A program made the position numbers and the translations under genes. From Eledone cirrhosa (Eukaryota), in the NCBI GenBank assembly GCA_964016885.1, contig OZ024744.1, positions 77,934,001-77,998,000 of the forward strand: DNA of 64,000 nt. The letters run 5' to 3'. Positions within the stretch are counted from its first letter, which is position 1. Each line of letters begins with the position of its first letter. The notes beneath the pieces are model-generated. The model did no database searches. It had not been told where the DNA came from and was given only the letters and a program-made list of their open reading frames with translations. Shown here piece by piece: positions 15,301 to 29,700 of the stretch.

Positions 15301-16900
15301 GGTGAAATATAGTCTATGGTGAGATATTGTCTGTAGTGAGATATAGTCTATGGTGAAATATAGTCTATGGTGAGATATAGTCTATGGTGTGATATAGTCT
15401 GTGGTAAGATATAGTCTGGGCTGAGATATCGTCTGTAGTGAGATATAGTCTGGAGTGAGATATAGTCTGTGGTGAGATATAGTCTGTGGTGAGATATAGT
15501 CTGTAGTGAGATATAGTCTGTGGTGAGATATAGTCTAGGGTGAGATATAGTCTAGGGTGAGATATAGTCTCGGGTGAGATATAGTCTGTGTTGAGATATA
15601 GTCTGGGGTGAGATATAGTCTGGTGTAAGATATAGTCTGTGGTGAGATATAGTCTGGGGTGAGATATAGTCTATGGAGAGATATATTCTGTAGTGAGATA
15701 TAGTCTGTGGTTTGATATAGTCTGTGGTGAGATATAGTCTGTTATGAGATATAGTCTGGGGTGAGATATAGTCTATGGTGAGATATAGTCTGGGGTGAGA
15801 TATAGTTTGTAGGGAGATATAGTCTGGTGTGAGATATAGTCTGGGGTGTGATACAGTCTAGGGTGAGATATAGTCTGTGGTGAGATATAGTCTGGGGTGA
15901 GATATAGTCTGTGGTGAGATTTAGTCTGTTGTGAGATATACTCTATGGTGTGATATAGTCTGGTGTGAGATATAGTTTGTGGTGAGATATACTCTGTACT
16001 GAGATATAGTCTTTGGTGAGATATAGTCTGTGATAAGATATAGTCTGTAGTGAGATGTAGTCTGTGGTGAGATATAGTCTGGGGTGAGATATAGTCTGGG
16101 GTGAGGTATAGTCCGTGGTAAGATATAGTCTGGGCTGAGATATATTCTGGGGTGAGATATAGTCTGTGGTGAGATATAGTCTGTAGTGAGATATAGTCTG
16201 TAAAGAGATATAGTCTGTGGTGAGATAAAGTCTGTAGTGAGTTATAGTCTGAGGTGAGATATAGTCTGTGGTGATATATTCTCTGGGATGAGATATAGTC
16301 TGTGGTGAGATATAGCCTTTAGTGAGATATAGTCTGTGGTGAGATATGGTGTGGGGTGATATATAGTCTGTGGTGAGATATAGTCTGTGGTGAGATATAG
16401 TCTGTAGTGAGACATAGTCTGTAGTGAGATATAGTCTGGCTGAGATATAGTCTGCGGTGAGATATATTCTGTGCTGAGATATAGTCTGGGGTGAGATATA
16501 GCCTGAGGTGAGATATCGTCTGTAGTGAGATATAGTCTATGGTGTGATATAGTCTGTGGCAATATATAGACTTGGGTGCGATATAGTCTGGGGTGAGATA
16601 TAGTCTGTGGTGAGGTATAGTCTCTGGTAAGATATAGTCTGGGGTGAGATATAGTCCGGAGTGAGATATAGTCTGTAGTGAGATATTGTCTCTAGTGAGA
16701 TATAGTATGTGGTGAGATATAGTCTGTAGTGAGATATAGTCTGGCGTGAGATATAGTCTGTGGTGAGATATATTCTGTAGTGAGATATAGTCTGGGGTGA
16801 GATATAGTCTGTGGCAAGATATAGTCTGTTGTAAGATATAGTCTAGGGTGAGATATAGTCTGTAGTGAGATATAATCTATGGTGAGATATAGTCTGTGGT
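9370..16900 (+). repeat. ~4-kb imperfect tandem duplication (~9.37-12.76 kb vs ~13.44-16.9 kb)
   Basis: Shared rare variants occur in the same order (GGTGAGTGAGAT, GTCATGAGAT, GTAAAGAGAT, AGACTTGGGTGCG). Offsets range from 3,867 to 4,139 because of unit gain and loss. Confidence 0.88.
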
Positions 16901-17759
16901 GAGATATATTCTGTACTGAGATATAGTCTGTGGTGAGATATAGTCTGCGGTGAGATATAGTCTGTAGTGATATATAGTCAGTGGTGAGATATAGTGTGGG
17001 GTGATATATAGTCTGTGGTGAGATATAGTCTGGGGTGAGATATAGTCTGTGATGAGATATAGTCTGGGGTGAGATATAGTCTGTGGTGAGATATAGTCTG
17101 TGGCGAGATATATTCTGTGGTGAGATATAGTCTGTAGTGAGATATAGTCTGAGGTGAGATATAGTCTGTGGCAAGATATAGTCTGTTGTAAGATATAGTC
17201 TGGGGTTAGATATAGTCTGTAGTGAGATATAGTCTATGCTGAGATATAGTCTGTGGTGAGATATATTCTATAGTGAGATATAGTCTGGGGTGAGATATAG
17301 TCTATAGTGAGATATAGTCTATGGTTGTGATAGAGTCTGTGGTGAGATATAGTCTGTGGTGAGATATAGTCTGTGGTGAGATATAATCTGGGGTGAGATA
17401 TAGTCTGTGGTGAGATATATTCTGTGGTGAGATATAGTCTGTAGTGAGATATAGTCTGGGGTGAGATATAGACTGTGCTGAGATATAGTCTGTAGTGAGA
17501 TATAGTCTGTGGTGAGATATAGTCTGGGTTGAGATATAGTCCGTGGTGAGATATATTCTGTACTGAGCTATAGTCTGGGGTGAGATATAGTCTGTGGTGA
17601 GATATAGTCTCGGGTGAGATATAGTTTGTGGTGAGATATAGTCTGTGGTGAGATATAGTCTGTGGTGAGATATAGTCTGTGGTGAGATATAGTCTGTGGT
17701 GAGATATAGTCTTTGGTGAAATATAGTCTGTAGTGAGATATAGTCTGGGGTGAGATATA

Positions 17760-20110
17760 GTCTGGTGTGAGATATAGTCTGTGGTGAGATATAGTCTGGG
17801 GTGAGATAAAGTCTCTGGAGAGATATAGTCTTGGGTCAGATAAAGTCTGGGGTGATATATTATATGTAGTGAGATATAGTCTGTAGTGAGATATAGTCTG
17901 TAGTGAGATATAGTCTGTGGTGAGTTATAGTGTGGGGTGAGATATAGTCTGTGGTGAGGTATAGTCTGTGGCGAGATATATTTTGTGGTGAGATATAGTC
18001 TGTATTGAGATATAGTTTGAGGTGAGATATAGTCTGTGGTGATATATAGTCTGTGATGAGATATAGTCTGTGGGAGATATAGTCTATGGTGAGATATAGT
18101 CTGTGGTGATGTATAGTCTGTAGTGAGATATAGTCTGTGGTGAGATATAGTGTAGGGTGAGATATAGTTTGTGGTTAGATATAGTCTGGGGTGAGATATA
18201 GTTTGTGGTGAGATATAGTCTATGATGAGATATAGTCTGAGGAGAGATATAGTCTGTGGTGAGATATAGTCTGGAATGAGATATAGTCTATGATGAGATA
18301 TAGTCTGGTGAGAGATATAGTCTGTGGTAAGATATAGTCTGTGGTGAGATATAATCTGTGGTGAGATATAGTCTGGGGTGAGATATAGTCTGTGGTGAGA
18401 TACAGTCTGTGGTGAGATATAGTCTGTGGTGAGATATAGTCTCTGGTGAGATATAGTCTGGGGTGAGATATAGTCTGTGGTGAGGTATAGTCTGTGGTAA
18501 TGTATAGTCTGGGGTGAGATATAGTCTGGGGTGAGATATAGTCTGTGGTGAGATATAATCTGTAGTGAGATATAGTCTGGGATGATATATAGTCTGTGGT
18601 GAGATATAGTCTATGGTGAGATATAGTCTGTGGTGAGATATAGTCTGTAGTAAGATATAGTCTGGGTTGAGATATAGTCTGGGGTGAGATATAGTCTGTG
18701 GTGAGATATAGTGTGGGGTGAGTTATAGTCTGTGGTGAGATATAGTCTGTAGTGATATATAGTCTGGGATGAGATATAGTCTGTGGGAGGTATAGTCTAT
18801 TGTGAGATATAGTCTGTGGTGAGATATAGTCTGTAGTGAGATATAGTCTGTGGTGAGATATAGTGTGGGATGATATATAGTCTGTGGTGAGATATAGTCT
18901 TGGGTGAGATATAGTTTGTGGTGAGATATAGTCTGTGGTGAGATATAGTCTGGATTGAGATATAGTCTATGGTGAGATATAGTCTGGATGGAGATATAGT
19001 CTGGGGTGAGATATAGTCTGTAGTGAGATATAGTATGTGGTGAGATATAGTCTGGAGTGAGATATAGTCTGGGGTGATATATAGTCTGGGGTGATATATA
19101 GTCTCTAGTGAGATATAGTATGTGGTGAGATATAGTCTGTGGTGAGATATAGTCTCGGGTGAGATATAGTCTGGTGTGAGATATAGTCTGTGGTGAGATA
19201 TAGTCTGGGGTCAGATATAGTCTGGGGTGATATATTATATGTAGTGAGATATAGTCTGTAGTGAGATATAGTCTGTAGTGAGATATAGTCTGTGGTGAGT
19301 TATAGTGTGGGGTGAGATATAGTCTGTGGTGAGGTATAGTCTGTGGCGAGATATATTTTGTGGTGAGATATAGTCTGTATTGAGATATATTCTGAGGTGA
19401 GATATAGTCTGTGGTGATATATAGTCTGGGATGAGATATAGTCTGTGGGAGATATAGTCTATGGTGAGATATAGTCTGTGGTGAGGTATAGTCTGTAGTG
19501 AGATATAGTCTGTGGTGAGATATAGTGTGGGGTGATATATAGTCTGTGGTTAGATATAGTCTGGGGTGAGATATAGTTAGTGGTGAGATATAGTCTATGA
19601 TGAGATATAGTCTGGTGAGAGATATAGTCTGTGGTGAGATATAGTCTGGAATGAGATATAGTCTGTGGTAAGATATAGTCTGTGGTGAGATATAATCTGT
19701 GGTGAGATATAGTCTGGGGTGAGATATAGTCTGTGGTGAGATACAGTCTGTGGTGAGATATAGTCTGTGGTGAGATATAGTCTGTGGTGAGATATAGTCT
19801 GGGGTGAGATATAGTCTGTGGTGAGGTATAGTCTGTGGTAACGTATAGTCTGGGGTGAGATATAGTCTGGGGTGAGATATAGTCTGTGGTGAGATATAGT
19901 CTGTGGTGAGATATAGTCTGTAGTGAGATATAGTCTGGGGTGATATATAGTCTGTGGTGAGATATAGTCTATGGTGAGATATAGTCTGTGGTGAGATATA
20001 GTCTGTAGTAAGATATAGTCTGGGGTGAGATATAGTCTGGGGTGAGATATAGTCTGTGGTGTGATATAGTGTGGGGTGAGTTATAGTCTGTGGTGAGATA
20101 TAGTCTGTAG
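17760..20110 (+). repeat. ~1.38-kb-offset duplication
   Basis: GATATATTATATGTAGT (~17,854 and ~19,229) and GGCGAGATATATTTTGTGG (~17,970 and ~19,345) recur, with collinear downstream variants. Confidence 0.82.
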
Positions 20111-23100
20111 TCATATATAGTCTGGGGTGAGATATAGTCTGGGGTGAGATATAGTCTGTGATGAGATATAGTCTGGGGTGAGATATAGTCTGTGGTGAGA
20201 TATAGTCTGTGGTGAGATATAGTCTGTGGTGAGATATAGTCTGTTGTGAGATATAGTCTGGGGTGAGCTATAGTCTGTGGTGAGATATAGTCTGTGTTGA
20301 GATATAATCTAGGATGAGATATAGTCTGTGTTGAGATACAGTCTGTGTTTAGATATAGTCTGTAGTGAGATATAGTCTGGGGTGTGATATAGTCTGGGGT
20401 GAGATATAGTTTGTGGTGAAATATAGTCTATGGTGAGATATAGTCTGTAGTGAGATATAGTCTATGGTGTGATATTGTCTGGGGTGAGATAAAGTCTGTG
20501 GTGAGATATAGTCTGTAGTGAGATATAGTCTGTGGTAAGATATAGTCTGTAGTGAAATATAGTCTGTGGTGAGATATAGTCTGTGGTGAGATATATTCTG
20601 TAGTGAGATATAGTCTGTGGTGAGATATAGTCTATGGTGAGATATATTCTATGGTGTGATAGAGTCTGTGGTGAGATAGAGTCTGTGGTGAGATATAGTC
20701 TGGGGTGAGATATAGTCTGGGGTGAGATATAGTCTGTGGTGAAATATATTCTGTGGTGAGATATAGTCTGGGGTGAGATATTGTCTGTGGTGAGATATAA
20801 TCTGTAGTGAGATATAGTCTGGGGTGAGATATAATCTGTGGTGAGATATAGTCTGTGGTGAGATATAGTTTGGGGTAAGATATAGTCTGTGGTGAGATAT
20901 AGTCTGTAGTGCGATATAGTCTGTGCTGAGATATAGTCTGTGGTGAGATATAGTCTGGGTGAGATATAGTCTGTGCTGAGATATAGTCTGTAGTGAGATA
21001 TCGTCTGGGGTGAGATATAGTCTGTAGTGAGATATAGTCTGTGGTGAGATATAGTCTATGGTGACATATAGTCTGAGGTGAGATATAGTCTGTGGTGAGA
21101 TATAGTCTGTAGTGAGATATAGTCTGGGGTGAGATATAGTCTGTAGTGAGATATAGTCAGCGGTGAGATATAGTGTGGGGTGATATATAGTCTGTGGTGA
21201 GATATATTCTGGGGTGAGATATAGTCTGTGATGAGATATAGTCTGGGGTGAGATATAGTCTGTGGTGAGATATAGTCTGTGGCCAGATATATTCTGTGGT
21301 GAGATATAGTCTGTAGTGAGATATAGTCTGAGGTGAGATATAGTCTGTGGTGATATATAGTCTGTAGTGAGATATAGTCTGTGGTGAGATATAGTGTGGG
21401 GTGACATATAGTCTGGGGTGAGATATAGTCTGTGGTGAGGTATAGTCTGGATTGAGATATAGTCTATGGTGAGATATAGTCTGGGGGGAGATATAGTCTG
21501 TGGTGAGATATAGTCTGGATTGAGATATAGTCTATGGTGAGATATAGTCTGGGGGGAGATATAGTCTGTGGTGAGATATAGTCTGTAGTCAGATATAGTC
21601 TGGGGAGAGATATAGTCCGGGGTGAGATATAGTCTGTAGTGAGATATAGTCTGTGGTGAGATATAGTCTGGGGTGAGATATAGTCTGTGGTGAGATATAG
21701 TCTGGGATGAGATATAGTCTGTGGTGAGATATAGTCTCTAACGAGATATAGTCTGTGGGGAGATATAATCTGTGGTGAGATATAGTCTTTGGTGACATAT
21801 AGTCTGTTGTGAGATATAGTCTGTGGTGAGATATAGTCTGTGGTGATATATAGTCTGGGATGAGATATAGTCTGTGGGAGGTATAGTCTATGGTGAGATA
21901 TAGTCTGTGGTGAGATATAGTTTGTAGTGAGATATAGTCTGTGGTGAGATATAGTGTGGGATGATATACAGTCTGTGGTGAGATATAGTCTTGGGTGAGA
22001 TATAGTCTGGAGTGAGATATAGTTTGTGGTGAGATATAGTCTGTGGTGAGATATAGTCTGGATTGAGATATAGTCTCTGGTGAGATATAGTCTGGATGGA
22101 GATATAGTCTGGGGTGAGATATAGTCTGTAGTGAGATATAGTATGTGGTGAGATATAGTCTGGAGTGAGATATAGTCTGGGGTGATATATAGTCTGTGGT
22201 GAGATATAATCTGTGGTGAGATATAGTCTATCGTGAGATATAGTCTACGGTGTGATATAGTCTGTGGCAATATATAATCTGGGGTGCGATATAGTCTGGT
22301 CTGAGATATAGTCTGTATTTAGATATAGTCTATGGTGGGATATAGTCTGTAGTGAGATATAGTCTGGGGTGATATATTGTCTGGGGTGAGATATAGTCTG
22401 TAGTGAGATATAGTCTGTGGTGAGATATAGTGTGGGGTGAGTTATAGTCTGTGGTGAGATATAGTCTGTAGTCAGATATAGTCTGGGGTGAGATATAGTC
22501 TGGGGTGAGATATAGTCTGTAGTGAGACATAGTCTGTGGTGAGATATAGTCTGGGGTGAGATATAGTATGTGGTGAGATATAGTCTGTGGTGAGATATAG
22601 TCTGTGGTGAGATATAGTCTGTGGTGATATATAGTCTGGGGTGCGATATAGTCTGTGGTGTGATATAGTCTGTAGTGAGATATAGTCTGTGGTGATGTAT
22701 AGTCTGTGGTAAGATATAGTCTGGGGTGAGATATAGTCTCTGCTAAGATATAGTCTGTAGTGAGATATAGTCTGTGGTGAGATATATTCTGTACTGAGAT
22801 ATAGTCTGTGGTGAGATATAGTCTGTGGCGAGATATAGTCTGGGGTGCGATATAGTCTGGGGTGAGCTATAGTCTGTGGCGAGATATAGTCTGTGGTGAG
22901 ATATAGTCTGGGGTGCGATATAGTCTGTGGTGAGATATAGTCTGTGGTGAGATATAGTCTGTAGTGAGATATAGTCTGTGGTGAGATATATTCTGTATTG
23001 AGATATAGTCTGTGGTGAGATATAGTCTGGAGTGAGATATAGTCTATGGTGAGATATAGTCTGGAGTGAGATATAGTCTGTAGTAAGATATAGTCTGGGG

Positions 23101-23789
23101 TGAGATATAGTCTGGGGTGAGATATAGTCTGTAGTGAGACATAGTCTGTGGTGAGATATAGTCTGGGGTGAGATATAGTATGTGGTGAGATATAGTCTGT
23201 GGTGAGATATAGTCTGTGCTGAGATATAGTCTGTGGTGAGATATAGTCTGTAGTGTGATATAGTCTATGGTGTGATATAGTATATGGTAAGATATAGTCT
23301 GCGCTGAGATATAGTCTGTAGTGAGATATAGTCTGGGGTGAGATATAGTCTGGGGTGAGATATAGTCTGTGATGAGATATAGTCTGGTGTGAGATATAGT
23401 CTGGATTGAGATATACTCTGTAGTGAGATATAGTCTGGGGTGAGCTATAGTCTGTGGTGAGATATAGTCTATGGTGTGATATAGTCTGTATTTAGATATA
23501 GTCTATGGTGGGATATAGTCTGGGGTGAGATATAGTTTCTGGTGAAATATAGTCTATGGTGAGATATAGTCTGTTGTGAGATATAGTCTATGGTGTGATA
23601 TAGTACATGGTAAGATATAGTCTGCGCTGAGATATAGTCTTATAGTGAGATATAGTCTGGGGTGAGTTAAAGTCTGTGGTGAGATATAGTCTGTAGTGAG
23701 ATATAGTCTGTGGTGAGATAGAGTCTGTAGTGAGATATAGTCTGTAGTGAGATATAGTCTGTGGTGAGATAGAGTCTGTAGTGAGATAT

Positions 23790-26720
23790 AGTCTGTGGTG
23801 ACATATAGTCTGTTGTGAGATGTAGTCTGTGGTGAGATATAGTCTGTGGTGATATATAATCTGGGATGAGATATAGTCTGTGGGAGGTATAGTCTATGGT
23901 GAGATATAGTCTGTGGTGAGATATAGTCTGTAGAGAGATATACTCTGTGGTCAGATATAGTGTGGGATGATATATAGTCTGTGGTGAGATATAGTCTTGG
24001 GTGAGATATAGTTTGTGGTGAGATATAGTCTGTGGTGAGATATAGTCTGGATTGGGATATAGTCTCTGGTGAGATATAGTCTGGATGGAGATATAGTCTG
24101 GGGTGAGATATAGTCTGTAGTGAGATATAGTATGTGGTGAGATATAGTCTCGAGTGAGATATAGTCTGGGGTGAGATATAGTCTGGGGTGATATATAGTC
24201 TGTGGTGAGATATAATCTGTGGTGAGATATAGTCTGTCGTGAGATATAGTCTATGGTGTGATATAGTCTGTGGCAATATATAATCTGGGGTGCGATATAG
24301 TCTGGTCTGAGATATAGTCTGTATTTAGATATAGTCTATGGTGGGATATAGTCTGTGGTAAGATATAGTCTGTAGTGAGATATAGTCTGTGGTGAGATAT
24401 AGTCTGTAGTGAGATATAGTCTGAGGTGAGATATAGTCTGGGGTGATATATAGTCTGGGGTGAGATATAGTCTGTAGTGAGATATAGTCTGTGGTGAGAT
24501 ATAGTGTGGGGTGAGTTATAGTCTGTGGTGAGATATAGTCTGTAGTCAGATATAGTCTGGGGTGAGATATAGTCTGGGGTGAGATATAGTCTGTAGTGAG
24601 ACATAGTCTGTGGTGAGATATAGTCTGGGGTGAGATATAGTATGTGGTGAGATATAGTCTGTGGTGAGATATAGTCTGTGGTGAGATATAGTCTGTGGTG
24701 ATATATAGTCTGGGGTGCGATATAGTCTGTGGTGTGATATAGTCTGTAGTGAGATATAGTCTGTGGTGAGGTATAGTCTGTGGTAAGATATAGTCTGGGG
24801 TGAGATATAGTCTGTGCTGAGATATAGTCTGTGGTGACATATAGTCTGTTGTGAGATATAGTCTGTGGTGAGATATAGTCTGTGGTGATATATAGTCTGG
24901 GATGAGATATAGTCTGTGGGAGGTATAGTCTATGGTGAGATATAGTCTGTGGTGAGATATAGTCTGTAGTGAGATATACTCTGTGGTGAGATATAGTGTG
25001 GGATGATATATAGTCTGTGGTGAGATATAGTCTTGGGTGAGATATAGTTTGTGGTGAGATATAGTCTGTGGTGAGATATAGTCTGGATTGGGATATAGTC
25101 TCTGGTGAGATATAGTCTGGATGGAGATATAGTCTGGGGTGAGATATAGTCTGTAGTGAGATATAGTATGTGGTGAGATATAGTCTCGAGTGAGATATAG
25201 TCTGGGGTGAGATATAGTCTGGGGTGATATATAGTCTGTGGTGAGATATAATCTGTGGTGAGATATAGTCTGTCGTGAGATATAGTCTATGGTGTGATAT
25301 AGTCTGTGGCAATATATAATCTGGGGTGCGATATAGTCTGGTCTGAGATATAGTCTGTATTTAGATATAGTCTATGGTGGGATATAGTCTGTGGTAAGAT
25401 ATAGTCTGTAGTGAGATATAGTCTGTGGTGAGATATAGTCTGTAGTGAGATATAGTCTGTGGTGAGATATAGTCTGGGGTGATATATAGTCTGGGGTGAG
25501 ATATAGTCTGTAGTGAGATATAGTCTGTGGTGAGATATAGTGTGGGGTGAGTTATAGTCTGTGGTGAGATATAGTCTGTAGTCAGATATAGTCTGGGGTG
25601 AGATATAGTCTGGGGTGAGATATAGTCTGTAGTGAGACATAGTCTGTGGTGAGATATAGTCTGGGGTGAGATATAGTATGTGGTGAGATATAGTCTGTGG
25701 TGAGATATAGTCTGTGGTGAGATATAGTCTGTGGTGATATATAGTCTGGGGTGCGATATAGTCTGTGGTGTGATATAGTCTGTAGTGAGATATAGTCTGT
25801 GGTGAGGTATAGTCTGTGGTAAGATATAGTCTGGGGTGAGATATAGCCTGTGCTGAGATATAGTCTGTGGTGACATATAGTCTGTTGTGAGATATAGTCT
25901 GTGGTGAGATATAGTCTGTGGTGATATATAGTCTGGGATGAGATATAGTCTGTGGGAGGTATAGTCTATGGTGAGATATAGTCTGTGGTGAGATATAGTC
26001 TGTAGTGAGATATACTCTGTGGTGAGATATAGTGTGGGATGATATATAGTCTGTGGTGAGATATAGTCTTGGGTGAGATATAGTTTGTGGTGAGATATAG
26101 TCTGTGGTGAGATATAGTCTGGATTGGGATATAGTCTCTGGTGAGATATAGTCTGGATGGAGATATAGTCTGGGGTGAGATATGGTCTGTAGTGAGATAT
26201 AGTATGTGGTGAGATATAGTCTGGAGTGAGATATAGTCTGGGGTGAGATATAGTCTGGGGTGATATATAGTCTGTGGTGAGATATAATCTGTGGTGAGAT
26301 ATAGTCTGTCGTGAGATATAGTCTATGGTGTGATATAGTCTGTGGCAATATATAATCTGGGGTGCGATATAGTCTGGTCTGCGATATAGTCTGTATTTAG
26401 ATATAGTCTATGGTGGGATATAGTCTGTGGTAAGATATAGTCTGTAGTGAGATATAGTCTGTGGTGAGATATAGTCTGTAGTGAGATATAGTCTGAGGTG
26501 AGATATAGTCTGGGGTGATATATAGTCTGGGGTGAGATATAGTCTGTAGTGAGATATAGTCTGTGGTGAGATATAGTGTGGGGTGAGTTATAGTCTGTGG
26601 TGAGATATAGTCTGTAGTCAGATATAGTCTGGGGTGAGATATAGTCTGGGGTGAGATATAGTCTGTAGTGAGACATAGTCTGTGGTGAGATATAGTCTGG
26701 GGTGAGATATAGTATGTGGT
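23790..26720 (+). repeat. 1,036-bp higher-order tandem repeat (~2.8 copies)
   Basis: ORFs 24251/25287 and 24325/25361 are near-identical at offset 1,036; the next copy starts at 26,323. Confidence 0.9.
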
Positions 26721-29700
26721 GAGATATTGTCTGTGGTGAGATATAGTCTGTGGTGAGATATAGTCTGTAGTGAGATATAGTCTATGGTGTGATATAGTAT
26801 ATGGTAAGATATAGTCTGCGCTGAGATGTAGTCTGTAGTAATATATAGTCTGGTGTGAGATATAGTCTGGGGTGAGATATAGTCTGTGATGAGATATAGT
26901 CTGGTATGAGATATAGTCTGGAGTGAGATATACTCTGAAGTGAGATATAGTCCGGGGAGAGATATAGTCTGGGGTGAGCTATAGTCTGTGGTGAGATATA
27001 GTCTGTGGTGAGATATAATCTGTAGTCAGGTATAGTCTGGGGTGAGATATAGTCTGTGGTGAGGTATAGTCTGTGGTAAGATATAGTCTGGGGTGAGATA
27101 TAGTCTGTGCTGAGATATAGTCTGTAGTGAGATATAGTCTGTGGTGAGATATATTCTGTACTGAGATATAGTCTGGGGTGAGATATAGTAGGTGGTGAGA
27201 TATAGTCTGTGGTGAGATATAGTCTGTGGTGAGATATAGTCTGTGGTGAGATATAGTCTGTAGTGTGATATAGTCTATGGTGTGATATAGTATATGGTAA
27301 GATATAGTCTGCGCTGAGATATAGTCTGTAGTGAGATATAGTCTGGGGTGGGATATAGTCTGGGGTGAGATATAGTTTCTGGTGAAATATAGTCTATGGT
27401 GAGATATAGTCTGTTGTGAGATATAGTCTATGGTGTGAAATAGTACATGGTAAGATATAGTCTGCGCTGAGATATAGTCTGTAGTGAGATATAGTCTGGG
27501 GTGAGTTAAAGTCTGTGGTGAGATATAGTCTGTAGTGAGATATAGTCTGTGGTGAGATAGAGTCTGTAGTGAGATATAGTCTGTGGTGAGATATAATCTG
27601 TGGTGAGATATAGTCTGTGGTGACATATAGTCTGTTGTGAGATATAGTCTGTGGTGAGATATAGTCTGTGGTGATATATAGTCTGGGATGAGATATAGTC
27701 TGTGGGAGGTATAGTCTATGGTGAGATAAAGTCTGTGGTGAGATATAGTCTGTAGTGAGATATACTCTGTGGTGAGATATAGTGTGGGATGATATATAGT
27801 CTGTGGTGAGATATAGTCTTGGGTGAGATATAGTTTGTGGTGAGATATAGTCTGTGGTGAGATATAGTCTGGATTGGGATATAGTCTCTGGTGAGATATA
27901 GTCTGGATGGAGATATAGTCTGGGGTGAGATATAGTCTGTAGTGAGATATAGTATGTGGTGAGATATAGTCTGGAGTGAGATATAGTCTGGGGTGAGATA
28001 TAGTCTGGGGTGATATATAGTCTGTGGTGAGATATAATCTGTGGTGAGATATAGTCTGTCGTGAGATATAGTCTATGGTGTGATATAGTCTGTGGCAATA
28101 TATAATCTGGGGTGCGATATAGTCTGGTCTGCGATATAGTCTGTATTTAGATATAGTCTATGGTGGGATATAGTCTGTGGTAAGATATAGTCTGTAGTGA
28201 GATATAGTCTGTGGTGAGATATAGTCTGTAGTGAGATATAGTCTGAGGTGAGATACAGTCTGGGGTGATATATAGTCTGGGGTGAGATATAGTCTGTAGT
28301 GAGATATAGTCTGTGGTGAGATATAGTGTGGGGTGAGTTATAGTCTGTGGTGAGATATAGTCTGTAGTCAGATATAGTCTGGGGTGAGATATAGTCTGGG
28401 GTGAGATATAGTCTGTAGTGAGACATAGTCTGTGGTGAGATATAGTCTGGGGTGAGATATAGTATGTGGTGAGATATTGTCTGTGGTGAGATATAGTCTG
28501 TGGTGAGATATAGTCTGTAGTGAGATATAGTCTATGGTGTGATATAGTATATGGTAAGATATAGTCTGCGCTGAGATGTAGTCTGTAGTGAGATATAGTC
28601 TGGGGTGAGATATAGTCTGGGGTGAGATATAGTCTGTGATGAGATATAGTCTGGTATGAGATATAGTCTGGAGTGAGATATACTCTGTAGTGAGATATAG
28701 TCCGGGGAGAGATATAGTCTGGGGTGAGCTATAGTCTGTGGTGAGATATAGTCTGTGGTGAGATATAATCTGTAGTCAGATATAGTCTGGGGTGAGATAT
28801 AGTCTGTGGTGAGGTATAGTCTGTGGTAAGATATAGTCTGGGGTGAGATATAGTCTGTGCTGAGATATAGTCTGTAGTGAGATGTAGTCTGTGGTGAGAT
28901 ATATTCTGTACTGAGATATAGTCTGGGGTGAGATATAGTATGTGGTGAGATATAGTCTGTGGTGAGATATAGTCTGTGGTGAGATATAGTCTGTGGTGAG
29001 ATATAGTCTGTAGTGTGATATAGTCTATGGTGTGATATAGTATATGGTAAGATATACTCTGTGCTGAGATATAGTCTGTAGTGAGATATAGTCTGGGGTG
29101 AGATATAGTCTGGGGTGAGATATAGTCTGTGATGAGATATAGTCTGGAGTGAGATATACTCTGTAGTGAGATATAGTCTTGGGTGAGCTATAGTCTGTGG
29201 TGAGATATAGTCTATGGTGTGATATAGTCTGTATTTAGATATAGTCTATGGTGGGATATAGTCTGGGGTGAGATATAGTTTCTGGTGAAATATAGTCTAT
29301 GGTGAGATATAGTCTGTTGTGAGATATAGTCTATGGTGTGATATAGTACATGGTAAGATATAGTCTGCGCTGAGATATAGTCTGTAGTGAGATATAGTCT
29401 GGGGTGAGTTAAAGTCTGTGGTGAGATATAGTCTGTAGTGAGATATAGTCTGTGGTGAGATAGAGTCTGTAGTGAGATATAGTCTGTGGTGAGATATAAT
29501 CTGTGGTGAGATATAGTCTGTGGTGACATATAGTCTGTTGTGAGATATAGTCTGTGGTGAGATATAGTCTGTGGTGATATATAGTCTGGGATGAGATATA
29601 GTCTGTGGGAGGTATAGTCTATGGTGAGATATAGTCTGTGGTGAGATATAGTCTGTAGTGAGATATACTCTGTGGTGAGATATAGTGTGGGATGATATAT

